Assembly: GCA_003250865.1 (NCBI GenBank)
Contig: QKJH01000181.1
Coordinates: 1 to 44,391, forward strand
Length of the DNA: 44,391 bases
Direction of reading: 5' to 3'
Source of the DNA: Alphaproteobacteria bacterium
Lineage (GTDB): Bacteria; Pseudomonadota; Alphaproteobacteria; Micavibrionales; SZUA-601
Part shown: piece by piece, positions 8,429 to 16,897 of the stretch
Position numbering within the stretch: position 1 is the stretch's first letter
Layout of the letters: each line of letters begins with the position of its first letter
Program-made: the position numbers and the translations under genes
The notes under the pieces: generated by a model
Seen by the model: only the letters and a program-made list of their open reading frames with translations
Databases searched by the model: none
Told to the model about the DNA's origin: nothing

Positions 8429-8457
8429 ATTATAAAGAAATTATGGTCATATGTCAA
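8429..8457 (-). promoter_or_regulatory. consensus sigma-A promoter of the metal ABC operon
   Basis: On the minus strand: TTGACA (8457-8452), exactly 17 nt, then TATAAT (8434-8429). Confidence 0.65.
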
Positions 8458-8465
8458 TAATTAAT

Positions 8466-8500
8466 AAAGCAGTTCTACCATTTTATGATCGAACTGCTTT
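8466..8500 (-). terminator. hairpin downstream of the Crp/Fnr gene
   Basis: AAAGCAGTTC and GAACTGCTTT form a 10-bp perfect stem with a 15-nt loop. The trailing T-tract is weak (ATTAATTATT). Confidence 0.45.
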
Positions 8501-8575
8501 ATTATAGGGAGATAGCTTCGCATTAATATATTTTATTTTTTATGCCATTTATCTAAACGAAAATAATAATATAAA

Positions 8576-9226
8576 TCATATTAAAACTTCAATTGATACA
8601 GCGTCAAATATAATCAGCCCGTCTTCTCTCATTTTAGCAAGTTCTCTGGATAAAGACGTCCTTTGCACGCCGATTCTTTCAGCCAATGCTTTTTTTGTCA
8701 TGTTTAGCCTGATAATGTTCGATTTTTGTTTCTTCCTCTCATAGTCCAGATAACTCATTATACTTTCACGAATTGTCCTGTTTACATAGTGTTTGATTCT
8801 ATCTCCGAGGATTACAGTATGGTCCGATACATATTCAAGATAACTTTTTAAAAATTCATGGTTATCCGAAAACAACTGAAACAACCGCTCTTTGTTTATC
8901 TCCAGAATCACTGTAGGTTGTTTTGCTGTAACGGTCATCGGATAATACGGGTTTTTTGAAAACATAAGATTGCCGCCAAGTATATCGCAGTTGAAAAACT
9001 CCGCTATTGTCATGAGATTGCCGGATTCGTCAATGCGCTCTATAACCACTTTCCCCGAAAGAATGATCTCCAGTTTTGAACATACTTCCCCGACAAAATG
9101 AACAATATTGTTTTTTCCGTACTCGGCAGTTTTAAAGCTCCCTTCATTCAGGTAAAACTCAATTTCTTTACAGTTTATTGATTTAGCAAGGTCAGTCTGT
9201 TTAATTAACCTCAAATATTTTTTCAC
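8576..9226 (-). CDS. Crp/Fnr-family transcriptional regulator
   Basis: cNMP-binding-like N-terminal domain plus C-terminal HTH (TKKALAERIGVQRTSLSRELAKMREDG). GTG start at 9224-9226, 7 nt after GGAGG. Confidence 0.85.
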   Translation of the reverse strand: MKKYLRLIKQTDLAKSINCKEIEFYLNEGSFKTAEYGKNNIVHFVGEVCSKLEIILSGKVVIERIDESGNLMTIAEFFNCDILGGNLMFSKNPYYPMTVTAKQPTVILEINKERLFQLFSDNHEFLKSYLEYVSDHTVILGDRIKHYVNRTIRESIMSYLDYERKKQKSNIIRLNMTKKALAERIGVQRTSLSRELAKMREDGLIIFDAVSIEVLI

Positions 9227-9240
9227 AAAAAATCCTCCAC

Positions 9241-9262
9241 AGGTGTTACATTGGTAACACCT
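9241..9262. promoter_or_regulatory. 22-bp perfect palindrome, candidate Crp/Fnr-family operator
   Basis: AGGTGTTAC-ATTG-GTAACACCT contains a TGTTAC-N4-GTAACA core. It lies between the divergent Crp/Fnr gene and the permease operon. Confidence 0.55.
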
Positions 9263-9280
9263 TTCTTTTTATTTTATCAA

Positions 9281-9286
9281 TATAAT
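9281..9286 (+). promoter_or_regulatory. -10 element (TATAAT) of the permease operon
   Basis: TATAAT is 30 nt upstream of the ATG at 9316. There is no good -35, which fits an activator-dependent promoter. Confidence 0.4.
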
Positions 9287-9315
9287 AAGAACATATCAAT
9301 AGGAGGAGGGCAAGT

Positions 9316-9798
9316 ATGGATATATTTACAATTGCGTTCTGGATAATAGCGATTGTTCTTACCGTTATTTCACTCATAAAAGATAAGAAGAAAACATTTG
9401 CGGCAATGAAAAAATCAAAGGGTATGATGGGAAATATGTTAGGCGAAATTATAGCCATCATATTTTTAATCGGTCTTGTTCTGACATTCATCCCGCCTGA
9501 AACGATAAAATCAGTTTTAGGCTCGGCAAACACATTTGTGTCAACTGTCGTTTCGGCGCTTGTTGGGAGCATTACTCTTATACCGGCTTTTGTTGCGTTT
9601 CCGTTGGTTGGCTCTTTGATTGACGTCGGCGCGAGCATCGTTCCAGCAGTCGCATTCCTTACAACGCTCACAATGGTTGGAATCGTAACCTTCCCGCTCG
9701 AAAAGAAAGAGTTCGGAACTAAATTTGCGCTTACCAGAAACGCACTGAGCTTTGGATTTGCGATTGTGATCGCACTGACAATGGGGGTGATTCTGTGA
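9316..9798 (+). CDS. integral membrane permease, first half of a split permease
   Basis: 160 aa, about 4-5 TM segments, AGGAGGAGG SD. Its end overlaps the next gene by 4 nt. Confidence 0.7.
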   Translation: MDIFTIAFWIIAIVLTVISLIKDKKKTFAAMKKSKGMMGNMLGEIIAIIFLIGLVLTFIPPETIKSVLGSANTFVSTVVSALVGSITLIPAFVAFPLVGSLIDVGASIVPAVAFLTTLTMVGIVTFPLEKKEFGTKFALTRNALSFGFAIVIALTMGVIL

Positions 9799-10526
9799 AG
9801 GCTATATCAATAATAAAAAAGAACAAATTACTTATTTTTGTTGCACTCGCATACCTCGTGGTATTTGTTATATCGCCCGACAAGGCAATGAAATCGGTTG
9901 GTAACAGCGTATATTATCTGGTCGAGATGCTTCAGGTACTACCAGTAATATTCTTATTAACCGTTGTGATTGAAGCTCTGGTTCCTAAAGAAATGATCAT
10001 ACGCGGGTTCGGAGAAAAATCAGGTTTTAAGGGCAATCTGCTTGCTCTATTACTGGGGAGTATCTCGGCCGGTCCGATTTACGCCGCATTTCCTATCAGC
10101 AAGACTTTGCTTGGGAAAGGCGCAAGCATCTCTAACATCGTCATCATATTAAGCTCCTGGGCAGTCATCAAGGTTCCCATGCTTGCCAACGAGGCGAAGT
10201 TCCTTGGCATAAATTTCATGATTATCAGATGGGTGCTTACGGTTATTGCGATATTCGTAATGGCTTATATCACCGGCATGATAGTAAAAAAGAAGGATTT
10301 ACCTGTTGATTCAAAAAAGACGGAAACACTGGAGATTAAAGAAGATTATTGCATCGGCTGTGGGCTTTGTGCAAAGCTTCTCCCTGAGTATTATGAGATG
10401 AACCAAAACAAAGCCGTAGTTAGGAAAGTACCCGAAGGAAAGGATGCGCTGCAAGCCGTCAAGGAATCTATTGAAAAGTGTCCGTCCAAAGCGATTATTC
10501 TAAACAAGGAGGAGAAGACACCATGA
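9795..10526 (+). CDS. permease, second half, with C-terminal ferredoxin-like domain
   Basis: TM-rich N-terminal region followed by a soluble tail with YCIGCGLCAKLLP...KCPSKAI (single-cluster ferredoxin pattern). Confidence 0.7.
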   Translation: MKAISIIKKNKLLIFVALAYLVVFVISPDKAMKSVGNSVYYLVEMLQVLPVIFLLTVVIEALVPKEMIIRGFGEKSGFKGNLLALLLGSISAGPIYAAFPISKTLLGKGASISNIVIILSSWAVIKVPMLANEAKFLGINFMIIRWVLTVIAIFVMAYITGMIVKKKDLPVDSKKTETLEIKEDYCIGCGLCAKLLPEYYEMNQNKAVVRKVPEGKDALQAVKESIEKCPSKAIILNKEEKTP

Positions 10527-11155
10527 AATACATAGCCAACATTATTCGAATACTGTTTCTCGCCCTTTTCATCTTTCTATTGGCAAATGGGAAAGTAGTG
10601 CTTTGGCTTGCGTTGTTCGGAGTAAGTTTTGTTGTCACTCTGATTTTCGGCAGGGTTTACTGTGGGTATGTTTGCCCCATGAATACCCTGATGCTACCCA
10701 TTGAGTGGCTATCAAAAAAGTTCAAACTGCAAACGAATAAAACGCCCCGTTGGCTAAAAAACGGCTATTTCACATGGATAACTCTGGTTATCAGTGTATC
10801 GGTCATGCTGCTTTCTAAAAGACTGCTACATATTGATCTACCAGTTCTGCCATTCTGGCTGGTCATATCAGTACTTGTCACACTCAGATATAAACCGGAA
10901 GCATTCCATAACCTTATCTGCCCGTTTGGCGCTCTGCAAAGGACTTTTGGCCAGTTTGCGAGGCTTTCGGAAAAAGTAGATAAAGATGTCTGCATCGGCT
11001 GCAAGCTATGCGAAAAAGCCTGCCTCTCTCATGCGATTGTTGTTTCCTCGGAGGATAAAAAGGCCGTTATCAATACTGCGTTATGCCATCAATGCACAAA
11101 TTGCCGACAGGTTTGCCCCAAAAGCGCCATTCACTACGGTAAGCATGGAATATAA
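10523..11155 (+). CDS. membrane-bound 4Fe-4S binding protein (NapH/MauN-like polyferredoxin)
   Basis: Start at ATG 10523 (AAGGAGGAG SD, ATGA overlap). Motifs YCGYVCPMN and ICPFGALQ in TM loops, plus CIGCKLCEKAC and CHQCTNCRQVCP. Confidence 0.75.
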   Translation: MKYIANIIRILFLALFIFLLANGKVVLWLALFGVSFVVTLIFGRVYCGYVCPMNTLMLPIEWLSKKFKLQTNKTPRWLKNGYFTWITLVISVSVMLLSKRLLHIDLPVLPFWLVISVLVTLRYKPEAFHNLICPFGALQRTFGQFARLSEKVDKDVCIGCKLCEKACLSHAIVVSSEDKKAVINTALCHQCTNCRQVCPKSAIHYGKHGI

Positions 11156-11264
11156 AACTTTTCTTTGTTGTAATTGCAACATACCATGTTTAACTCGGTA
11201 TGATATAATAAAAAAAGTACAACGCATCGAATAATATTATGAAAAAATCAGGAGGTACATCGCT

Positions 11265-11579
11265 ATGGTTGAACAGTTATTTAAATTATCAAGAGGCAAC
11301 GAAAAGGCCGTGGAAAAAGTCATATTTGATGAGAACCTTCACTATCTACACATGGTATTCAACAAAGATGAGGGTCTACCGGAGCATTTTTCTAATTCAG
11401 ACGTATACATGACTGTAGTTCGCGGCAAGCTCTCCATCGGGTTGAATGATCAGGGCATTCATGAATACGAGGCTGGAACTCTGCTGAAAATTCCGTTCCA
11501 AACCAAGATGAATGTCAAAAATATGCATGACGAAACGTTGGAGCTGATTGTCGTAAAGGCGCCTGCTCCTAAAAATTAA
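11265..11579 (+). CDS. cupin domain protein
   Basis: 104 aa with a small beta-barrel-like sequence (HFSNSDVYMTVVRGKLSIG...LELIVVKAP) and a GGAGG SD. Confidence 0.65.
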   Translation: MVEQLFKLSRGNEKAVEKVIFDENLHYLHMVFNKDEGLPEHFSNSDVYMTVVRGKLSIGLNDQGIHEYEAGTLLKIPFQTKMNVKNMHDETLELIVVKAPAPKN

Positions 11580-11751
11580 GGAGAAAAAGACTATGATAAT
11601 TAAATAGGGAGATAAGAAACATCATTTCCTGTAATTGATAAACTGTTCTACACCTATTTTAATTAAATAGCATACGCACACAGCTATACTTCCATAAATT
11701 AAAAAGTAAGAAGCACTATGTATGGGCTGCCAAGCAAATGGCAGCTCCTTT

Positions 11752-13518
11752 TCAATATGCTGGTACTCCGTATCCAAGAATTTCATAGTAGCCAATCGGA
11801 TAACTTTTTTTCCGGCAGGTATCACCGGAGTTGCCCTCAATAATATAAACCATTCCATTCTCGACTTTTTCAACGATACCAGTATGGTCAGATTCCCCAT
11901 CCTGACCGCCATCATCGTCCCAATCGAAGAAGATTATATCTCCGGGATTTGGGGTATAGCTGTTGTCCTGCCATTGACCCCGTTCTTGAAACCAATGAAC
12001 GCCCCAAACGCAGCCCGCATATTTCGGAATGACGCCTGTATCAATATAGCCGCACTCATTTGCACACCAACTGACAAAACAGGCACACCACTCTACACGG
12101 CTGTTGAACCCGTACCAACTCCAATAAGGCTGGCCACCCACATTACCGACTTGTGACAGAGCGACAATAATAATGTCATCGTTTTCAGCGGTGATACCGT
12201 AAAGCGCCTGTGACCAAAGGCAATTATTTTTATCGTCCAGAAGTTCCGCAAGCTGTTTTCGCTGATCTGTATTAAAGCCGTATTTATTCGCCATTTCCTC
12301 GGCGGTCTTATGATTAACCGTGATATATAAATAGGTGCGTGTAACAGTAGTTTGGGTTTCAACGATGTTGCCGTGGCCATCATCGGATTCGATCACCTGT
12401 GTTTCAGTCTTGTTATCTGTTCTGGAGCTAATCTCATTCATTTCCCAAAAGATTTTTTTAAGAAGCTCCTTCTTATTGTCGTCAACGGTAGCAACCTCCT
12501 GCGGATTGCCGGGATCGGTGGTTGTCTTAACTGCATAGACAGCTAAAACCTCTTTCCACACTGCCCGACTGCCGGACATTTCAAGAACATCATAGCTATG
12601 AGCCAATTTGGTTTCTTCAAGACGGTTATCGTAATCTGTATTGATTTCCTGTACAGCCGTTTGCATTGTTTGACCTGTTCCGCTGTCCTCACCGGAAAAA
12701 AAGATGCCGAAGCAAGACCCGACAATAAGCCCAATCATGCAGATAACGATTATAAGCACAACCACAATCCAGCCGCCTGCGGCGATAGCCGATATAAGGG
12801 CTTTTGTAGCAGCAATGATAGCTTTGATGGTTGCGATGGTGACTTTCACAGTAATTTTCGCTGTTTGCACCGCCGCTTTTGCAGCAGCACGGGAAGCATG
12901 TGCCGCTGCTTTTGCTGCTTTTGCGGAAGCTTGTGCTGTTTTGTGGGCTGTTTTAGCGACCTGCTGTGTTGCCTTAACGGAGGTTTTCGCAGTACGCTCG
13001 GCAGTTTTAATTGATTTATGGGCTGTTTTTGCCGCACCTTTTCCGGTTGCCTTGATGGTTTTAGCTGACTGCTTGATGTTCTTTTTTGTGTGTTGAACAG
13101 TTTTAATGGATTTATCGACAACCTGTCGAGTGCGGTAAGCGGATTGTCTTGTAGCACCTTGCGTCTGTTTGATCGTTTCTTTCTTCGGCTGGTCTGCGGT
13201 TGTCTTTTTAACCACATTTTTAACATCGGACATATGCCGCTTGGCGTCCTGAAAATGCTGTTTAGCCCGATTCATGCTTTCTGAAGCCTTTTTATTCGGA
13301 TTTTTTAACTTATGCACTGCTTGTTCCGCTGTATCACGCGTTACCCCCGAAGTCGTATCCGTAGCATAACTTTCAGGTGTATCATATCCCGGTTCCTGCG
13401 TTTGTTCGGCAGAATCTTTTGATTTTACAAAGGTATTTTTCATATGGGCGGACATATCAGCGGTACGGTCAAAGACTTTTATATCTTTTACCGTTTCACG
13501 GATTTTGATTTTTGCCAC
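11752..13518 (-). CDS. CHAP-domain peptidoglycan hydrolase of the conjugation apparatus (membrane anchored)
   Basis: C-terminal CHAP signature (WCACFVSWCANECGY...DHTGIVEKV), a central TM segment and an Ala/Lys-rich low-complexity N-terminal half. The likely GTG start at 13516-13518 is 6 nt after GGAGGTG. Confidence 0.85.
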   Translation of the reverse strand: MAKIKIRETVKDIKVFDRTADMSAHMKNTFVKSKDSAEQTQEPGYDTPESYATDTTSGVTRDTAEQAVHKLKNPNKKASESMNRAKQHFQDAKRHMSDVKNVVKKTTADQPKKETIKQTQGATRQSAYRTRQVVDKSIKTVQHTKKNIKQSAKTIKATGKGAAKTAHKSIKTAERTAKTSVKATQQVAKTAHKTAQASAKAAKAAAHASRAAAKAAVQTAKITVKVTIATIKAIIAATKALISAIAAGGWIVVVLIIVICMIGLIVGSCFGIFFSGEDSGTGQTMQTAVQEINTDYDNRLEETKLAHSYDVLEMSGSRAVWKEVLAVYAVKTTTDPGNPQEVATVDDNKKELLKKIFWEMNEISSRTDNKTETQVIESDDGHGNIVETQTTVTRTYLYITVNHKTAEEMANKYGFNTDQRKQLAELLDDKNNCLWSQALYGITAENDDIIIVALSQVGNVGGQPYWSWYGFNSRVEWCACFVSWCANECGYIDTGVIPKYAGCVWGVHWFQERGQWQDNSYTPNPGDIIFFDWDDDGGQDGESDHTGIVEKVENGMVYIIEGNSGDTCRKKSYPIGYYEILGYGVPAY

Positions 13519-13543
13519 TCTTCTCACCTCCAATCTTTCAAAG

Positions 13544-13579
13544 AAACAGGCAGAGCGTTTCGAAACACTCTGCCTGTTT
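13544..13579 (-). terminator. strong hairpin plus T-tract between virB4-like and CHAP genes
   Basis: AAACAGGCAGAG ... CTCTGCCTGTTT is a 12-bp perfect stem. The loop contains the GTTTCGAAAC palindrome. TTTCTTTG follows on the minus strand. Confidence 0.6.
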
Positions 13580-13587
13580 TAAAATCA

Positions 13588-15930
13588 TTATATGGTTGTA
13601 TCGCGTGGCTTAGTGGTCATCAGCTTATAAAGCTCCGTGTTCTTCGGGAACTCATTTTTGAACGGTACAATCGCGCTGCCTATGCGTATCAACCCACTGC
13701 CAGCATCGGCATTGGTGATATAACTCATTTGTTCATTGGAGATATTTAGCAGCTTGGCAAGCCGCTCCCGGTCGGAAGCGGCCTGATTGTGCATGACGAT
13801 AAATTCAGAGTTTGAAAGCATGGTGCTGGCCAGCACGGAATCAAGCAGGTACTCCACGTTTTGAGTAATACCCGTGGGGTAGGCGTTCCGTTTGCGGAAT
13901 CTGCGCCATGCGGAGCTGAAAAACTGTCCGCTGTGTTCATTCTCAAACACCACATGAAACTCGTCAATGAAGATATGCGTCCGTTTTCCGCGCTTCCAGT
14001 TGTCGGTGACGCGGTTAATCATCGCGTCGGTAATTACCAAAAGACCCATTGTTTTAAGCTGCGCGCCCAAGTCCATGATGTTATAGCTTATTATGCGGTT
14101 ACGAATATCCACATTGGTTTTATGGGCGAAAGCGTTCAGACTTCCGCTGACGAACAGCTCCATTTTCAATGCCAGCCTGTGCGCTTCCGGCTCAGGTTGT
14201 TTTAATAGTTCTTCATACAACACTACTAATGTCGGCAGTTTGCCGCCAGCGCGGTAGTTGTCGTAAACATCACGCACACAACGGTCAATGATACTCTTTT
14301 CTTCCGGGAGCAAACCATTTTTGTCAAGCTGCTCAAATAGTGAACAGACAAATTCGGACTTATCAATAACCGGATCGCTGCCCTCACCGTAGCCGTCCAC
14401 CATATCAAGTGCATTGATGTGATCTTCACTTCCCGCCGCAATGCGGATGACTTCACCGCCAAGCGCCTTAATTAAAGCTGAATACTCGTTTTCAGGGTCG
14501 CAGACCAGAATGTCATCATCAGGGAACAGCAGGGCGATAATGACCAATTCCATTTTTGCCCCGAAGGATTTTCCGCTTCCGGGGACGCCCAGCCGAAAAG
14601 CGTTGGGGTTCATCAAATATTCCTTGAGGCACATAATCAGATTGTGCGAGATAGCGTTCTGACCGTAATAGATACCGCCGCGATCCTGTACCTCTTGAAC
14701 CTTGAAGGGCATCAGCACGGCAAGACTTTCGGTAGTAAGGGTGCGGATAGCGTGGATTTTTGTATGGCCGAAGGGCAGAACAGTATTCAGGCCGTCAAGC
14801 TGCTGGAAGGTCAGAGAGGCGATTTGGCACAGGTGCTTCCGCGCCGTGGACAACAGGCTTTCGGTATCGCTATCAAGCTGTTCCTTTGTGGCGGCAGTAT
14901 GCACTATGGTTAAGGTAGCGAAAATCATACGCTGATCGCGGCTCGTAATATCTTCAAGAAATTCGCGGCTTTCCTTGCGCTGCTGCTCCAAATCATACGG
15001 CACGATGGCGGAAAAATTGTTACTCTGATTTTGCCTGCGCTGCCAGTTGGTGATATTGGTTTCCACGCCAAGGACGCGCCGTTCTACTTCCCGGACAGCT
15101 TCTTCCATCGTTACTGGCCGGACGTCAATGGAAAGGGTCATGTTCTGATTCAATTCGGTCAATTCCATAATCATGGAGTCTTTGATATAGGAAGCATATT
15201 CTTTCAAAAATAGTGTGCGCCCGAAACGCTCACCGACCTTAAAATAGCTTTTATCAAATTCCATGCTGTCCGGGCAGATATAGTCTTTAAAGCTGTGGCC
15301 GCGCCGAATGGCATCAGACATATTAAAGTGGAAATTGCTTTCCTCGCCGGGGCGGTAAAAATCGTGCAGGATTTTCAGGCGTTCATTGACGTCCAATTCC
15401 GTGCATTTAGAGCCAAGTTGAGCGAAGTGCGCGGAGAGATCAGCGCTAACACGGGTAAAATACGCCCGCGCTTCCTCAATTTTCTTACAAACGGAAATGG
15501 TAATCAGTTTATCCAAAACGATAGCATCGGATTCCATAACCTTGTCCATCAGCATTTTATTAAGTTCCTGCCGATATTTGTCTAATCCGTCCCCGGCCAT
15601 CGGAATGAGAATATTCGCTTCATAATCGGATTTGCTCAATCGCCGTGCCATAATGGTCAGCTTTGCCGTCGCGCCGCTGTCAAGAGAGTTGAGCAGTTCG
15701 GAGTAATCCAGAAACATGGCTTCCTTATCCTCGCGGGACGCAACAGCATAGTTAATATCAGTGAATTTAAAAGTCTTACTGTATTTGTTTTGCCCAAACA
15801 AACCGCCCCTGCTGACAAGAAAAATCCCGTCCGGGTAAATAGCCTGAACGGGAATGACATCCTGTACGCCCTTTGGCACTTTAAACTGCTCCCGGTTTTC
15901 TCCTATCCAGAGTTTCAGTGTTTTAAGCAT
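13588..15930 (-). CDS. VirB4-like conjugal transfer ATPase
   Basis: 780 aa. Walker A GVPGSGKS, Walker B-like HIFIDEFH. Typical Firmicutes VirB4/TcpF-like layout. GGAGG SD. Confidence 0.9.
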   Translation of the reverse strand: MLKTLKLWIGENREQFKVPKGVQDVIPVQAIYPDGIFLVSRGGLFGQNKYSKTFKFTDINYAVASREDKEAMFLDYSELLNSLDSGATAKLTIMARRLSKSDYEANILIPMAGDGLDKYRQELNKMLMDKVMESDAIVLDKLITISVCKKIEEARAYFTRVSADLSAHFAQLGSKCTELDVNERLKILHDFYRPGEESNFHFNMSDAIRRGHSFKDYICPDSMEFDKSYFKVGERFGRTLFLKEYASYIKDSMIMELTELNQNMTLSIDVRPVTMEEAVREVERRVLGVETNITNWQRRQNQSNNFSAIVPYDLEQQRKESREFLEDITSRDQRMIFATLTIVHTAATKEQLDSDTESLLSTARKHLCQIASLTFQQLDGLNTVLPFGHTKIHAIRTLTTESLAVLMPFKVQEVQDRGGIYYGQNAISHNLIMCLKEYLMNPNAFRLGVPGSGKSFGAKMELVIIALLFPDDDILVCDPENEYSALIKALGGEVIRIAAGSEDHINALDMVDGYGEGSDPVIDKSEFVCSLFEQLDKNGLLPEEKSIIDRCVRDVYDNYRAGGKLPTLVVLYEELLKQPEPEAHRLALKMELFVSGSLNAFAHKTNVDIRNRIISYNIMDLGAQLKTMGLLVITDAMINRVTDNWKRGKRTHIFIDEFHVVFENEHSGQFFSSAWRRFRKRNAYPTGITQNVEYLLDSVLASTMLSNSEFIVMHNQAASDRERLAKLLNISNEQMSYITNADAGSGLIRIGSAIVPFKNEFPKNTELYKLMTTKPRDTTI

Positions 15931-16285
15931 CTTTCACCGCCTCCTTTTCCTTTTTATCAAGCAATGGCCTTATCGCTTCATAGTAGATATTCGTGGTGTA
16001 GAACGTCAGTCGCTTCGGCATGAGGAATTCCGATTTAAGCCATGTCCATGCGAATTGTTCGGCTGTCATACCATGATAGGTCACAAAGCCCATTGCGGCG
16101 AATGGAGCCGCGCCAAGAACGCATATCCATGATACCGTTTCCACACCAAGATGATCTCGCAGCCCAAAGAAAATGCCCACGGCCACACCGCAGGCAAGGA
16201 CAGAAAAAATACATTGCCGCAGAGAAAGGCCGAAAAACATACTCTCGGTGTAATCCCGGATTTCTTTATTGATCTTTACTTCCAT
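15923..16285 (-). CDS. PrgI-family (VirB3-like) membrane protein
   Basis: 120 aa. MEVKINKEIRDYTESMFFGLSLRQ followed by two TM helices. Immediately upstream of, and overlapping, virB4. Confidence 0.8.
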   Translation of the reverse strand: MEVKINKEIRDYTESMFFGLSLRQCIFSVLACGVAVGIFFGLRDHLGVETVSWICVLGAAPFAAMGFVTYHGMTAEQFAWTWLKSEFLMPKRLTFYTTNIYYEAIRPLLDKKEKEAVKDA

Positions 16286-16297
16286 ACGTCGCTCCTT

Positions 16298-16873
16298 TCA
16301 TCGCGCTCCCGTATCCCGCGCAGGAGCTTTCGGCTGATGCTCTCGAACCGTGAGCCCGTCCGTAGGCTTTAAGAAATCAAGCCGCCCCGCCGCATAAATG
16401 GCATTATCGGTGAGCTGCCGCTGATATGCGCCGTTCGTGTGTGAAAAGACAAATCCTGCATGGCGTAGGGCGTTGTGCCGCTCTTTACTTGTTCTCTCGT
16501 CAAAGAAAAGCTGAAGCCTGTCGAGTTCAGTATTTGCTTCGGCGTGACCGCCCTCAAACTCCCATCCGGCAAAGCCCTTGCTGACTTCTTTGACCTTGCT
16601 TTCCAGCCGCTTGATTTTGCTGTTGTTGTTCGTGAGGTCATAAGTTGAAAAGGGCTGTTTTTCCCACGAATAGCGGGCCGTGGCGATTTGTTCGTTCAAT
16701 TTTCGCGCCTGTTCGTCCGTGATGCCCGGCGCGCCTACACAAGTCCCGGTTTTACGCCAATAGGCATTGACGGCTTTCATGGTTTCCTGCAATTCCACGC
16801 ATTTATTCAGTTCCTCTGTCAGCTTTTCCGCAGACGGCGGTTCGCTGGCCTGCTTTGTGTTGTAATATGACAT
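16298..16873 (-). CDS. conjugative-element protein, DUF3560-like
   Basis: 191 aa, soluble, AGGAGG SD. The MKAVNAYWRKTGT...YDLTNNNSKIKRLESK pattern recalls DUF3560. The assignment is from memory only. Confidence 0.5.
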   Translation of the reverse strand: MSYYNTKQASEPPSAEKLTEELNKCVELQETMKAVNAYWRKTGTCVGAPGITDEQARKLNEQIATARYSWEKQPFSTYDLTNNNSKIKRLESKVKEVSKGFAGWEFEGGHAEANTELDRLQLFFDERTSKERHNALRHAGFVFSHTNGAYQRQLTDNAIYAAGRLDFLKPTDGLTVREHQPKAPARDTGAR

Positions 16874-16897
16874 TCTGATTTCCTCCTATCATTATTT

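Noticed and set aside
9246-9671. 141-aa minus-strand ORF opposite the first permease gene.
   Set aside because: It lies fully inside the well-supported plus-strand permease gene, which has a strong SD and TM pattern. It has no SD and its composition mirrors the sense strand.
11622-11915. 97-aa minus-strand ORF spanning the 3' end of the CHAP gene and the ICE edge (possible 54-aa hydrophobic peptide from M at 11786).
   Set aside because: It overlaps the CHAP coding region, has no convincing SD, and only its last ~40 codons lie outside a known gene. Evidence is insufficient to call a gene.
12598-13096. Cys/Ala-rich plus-strand ORFs (138 aa and 130 aa) inside the CHAP gene.
   Set aside because: They are mirror images of the repetitive GCN/AAR (Ala/Lys) region of the minus-strand gene. 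Open antisense frames are expected from that codon bias.
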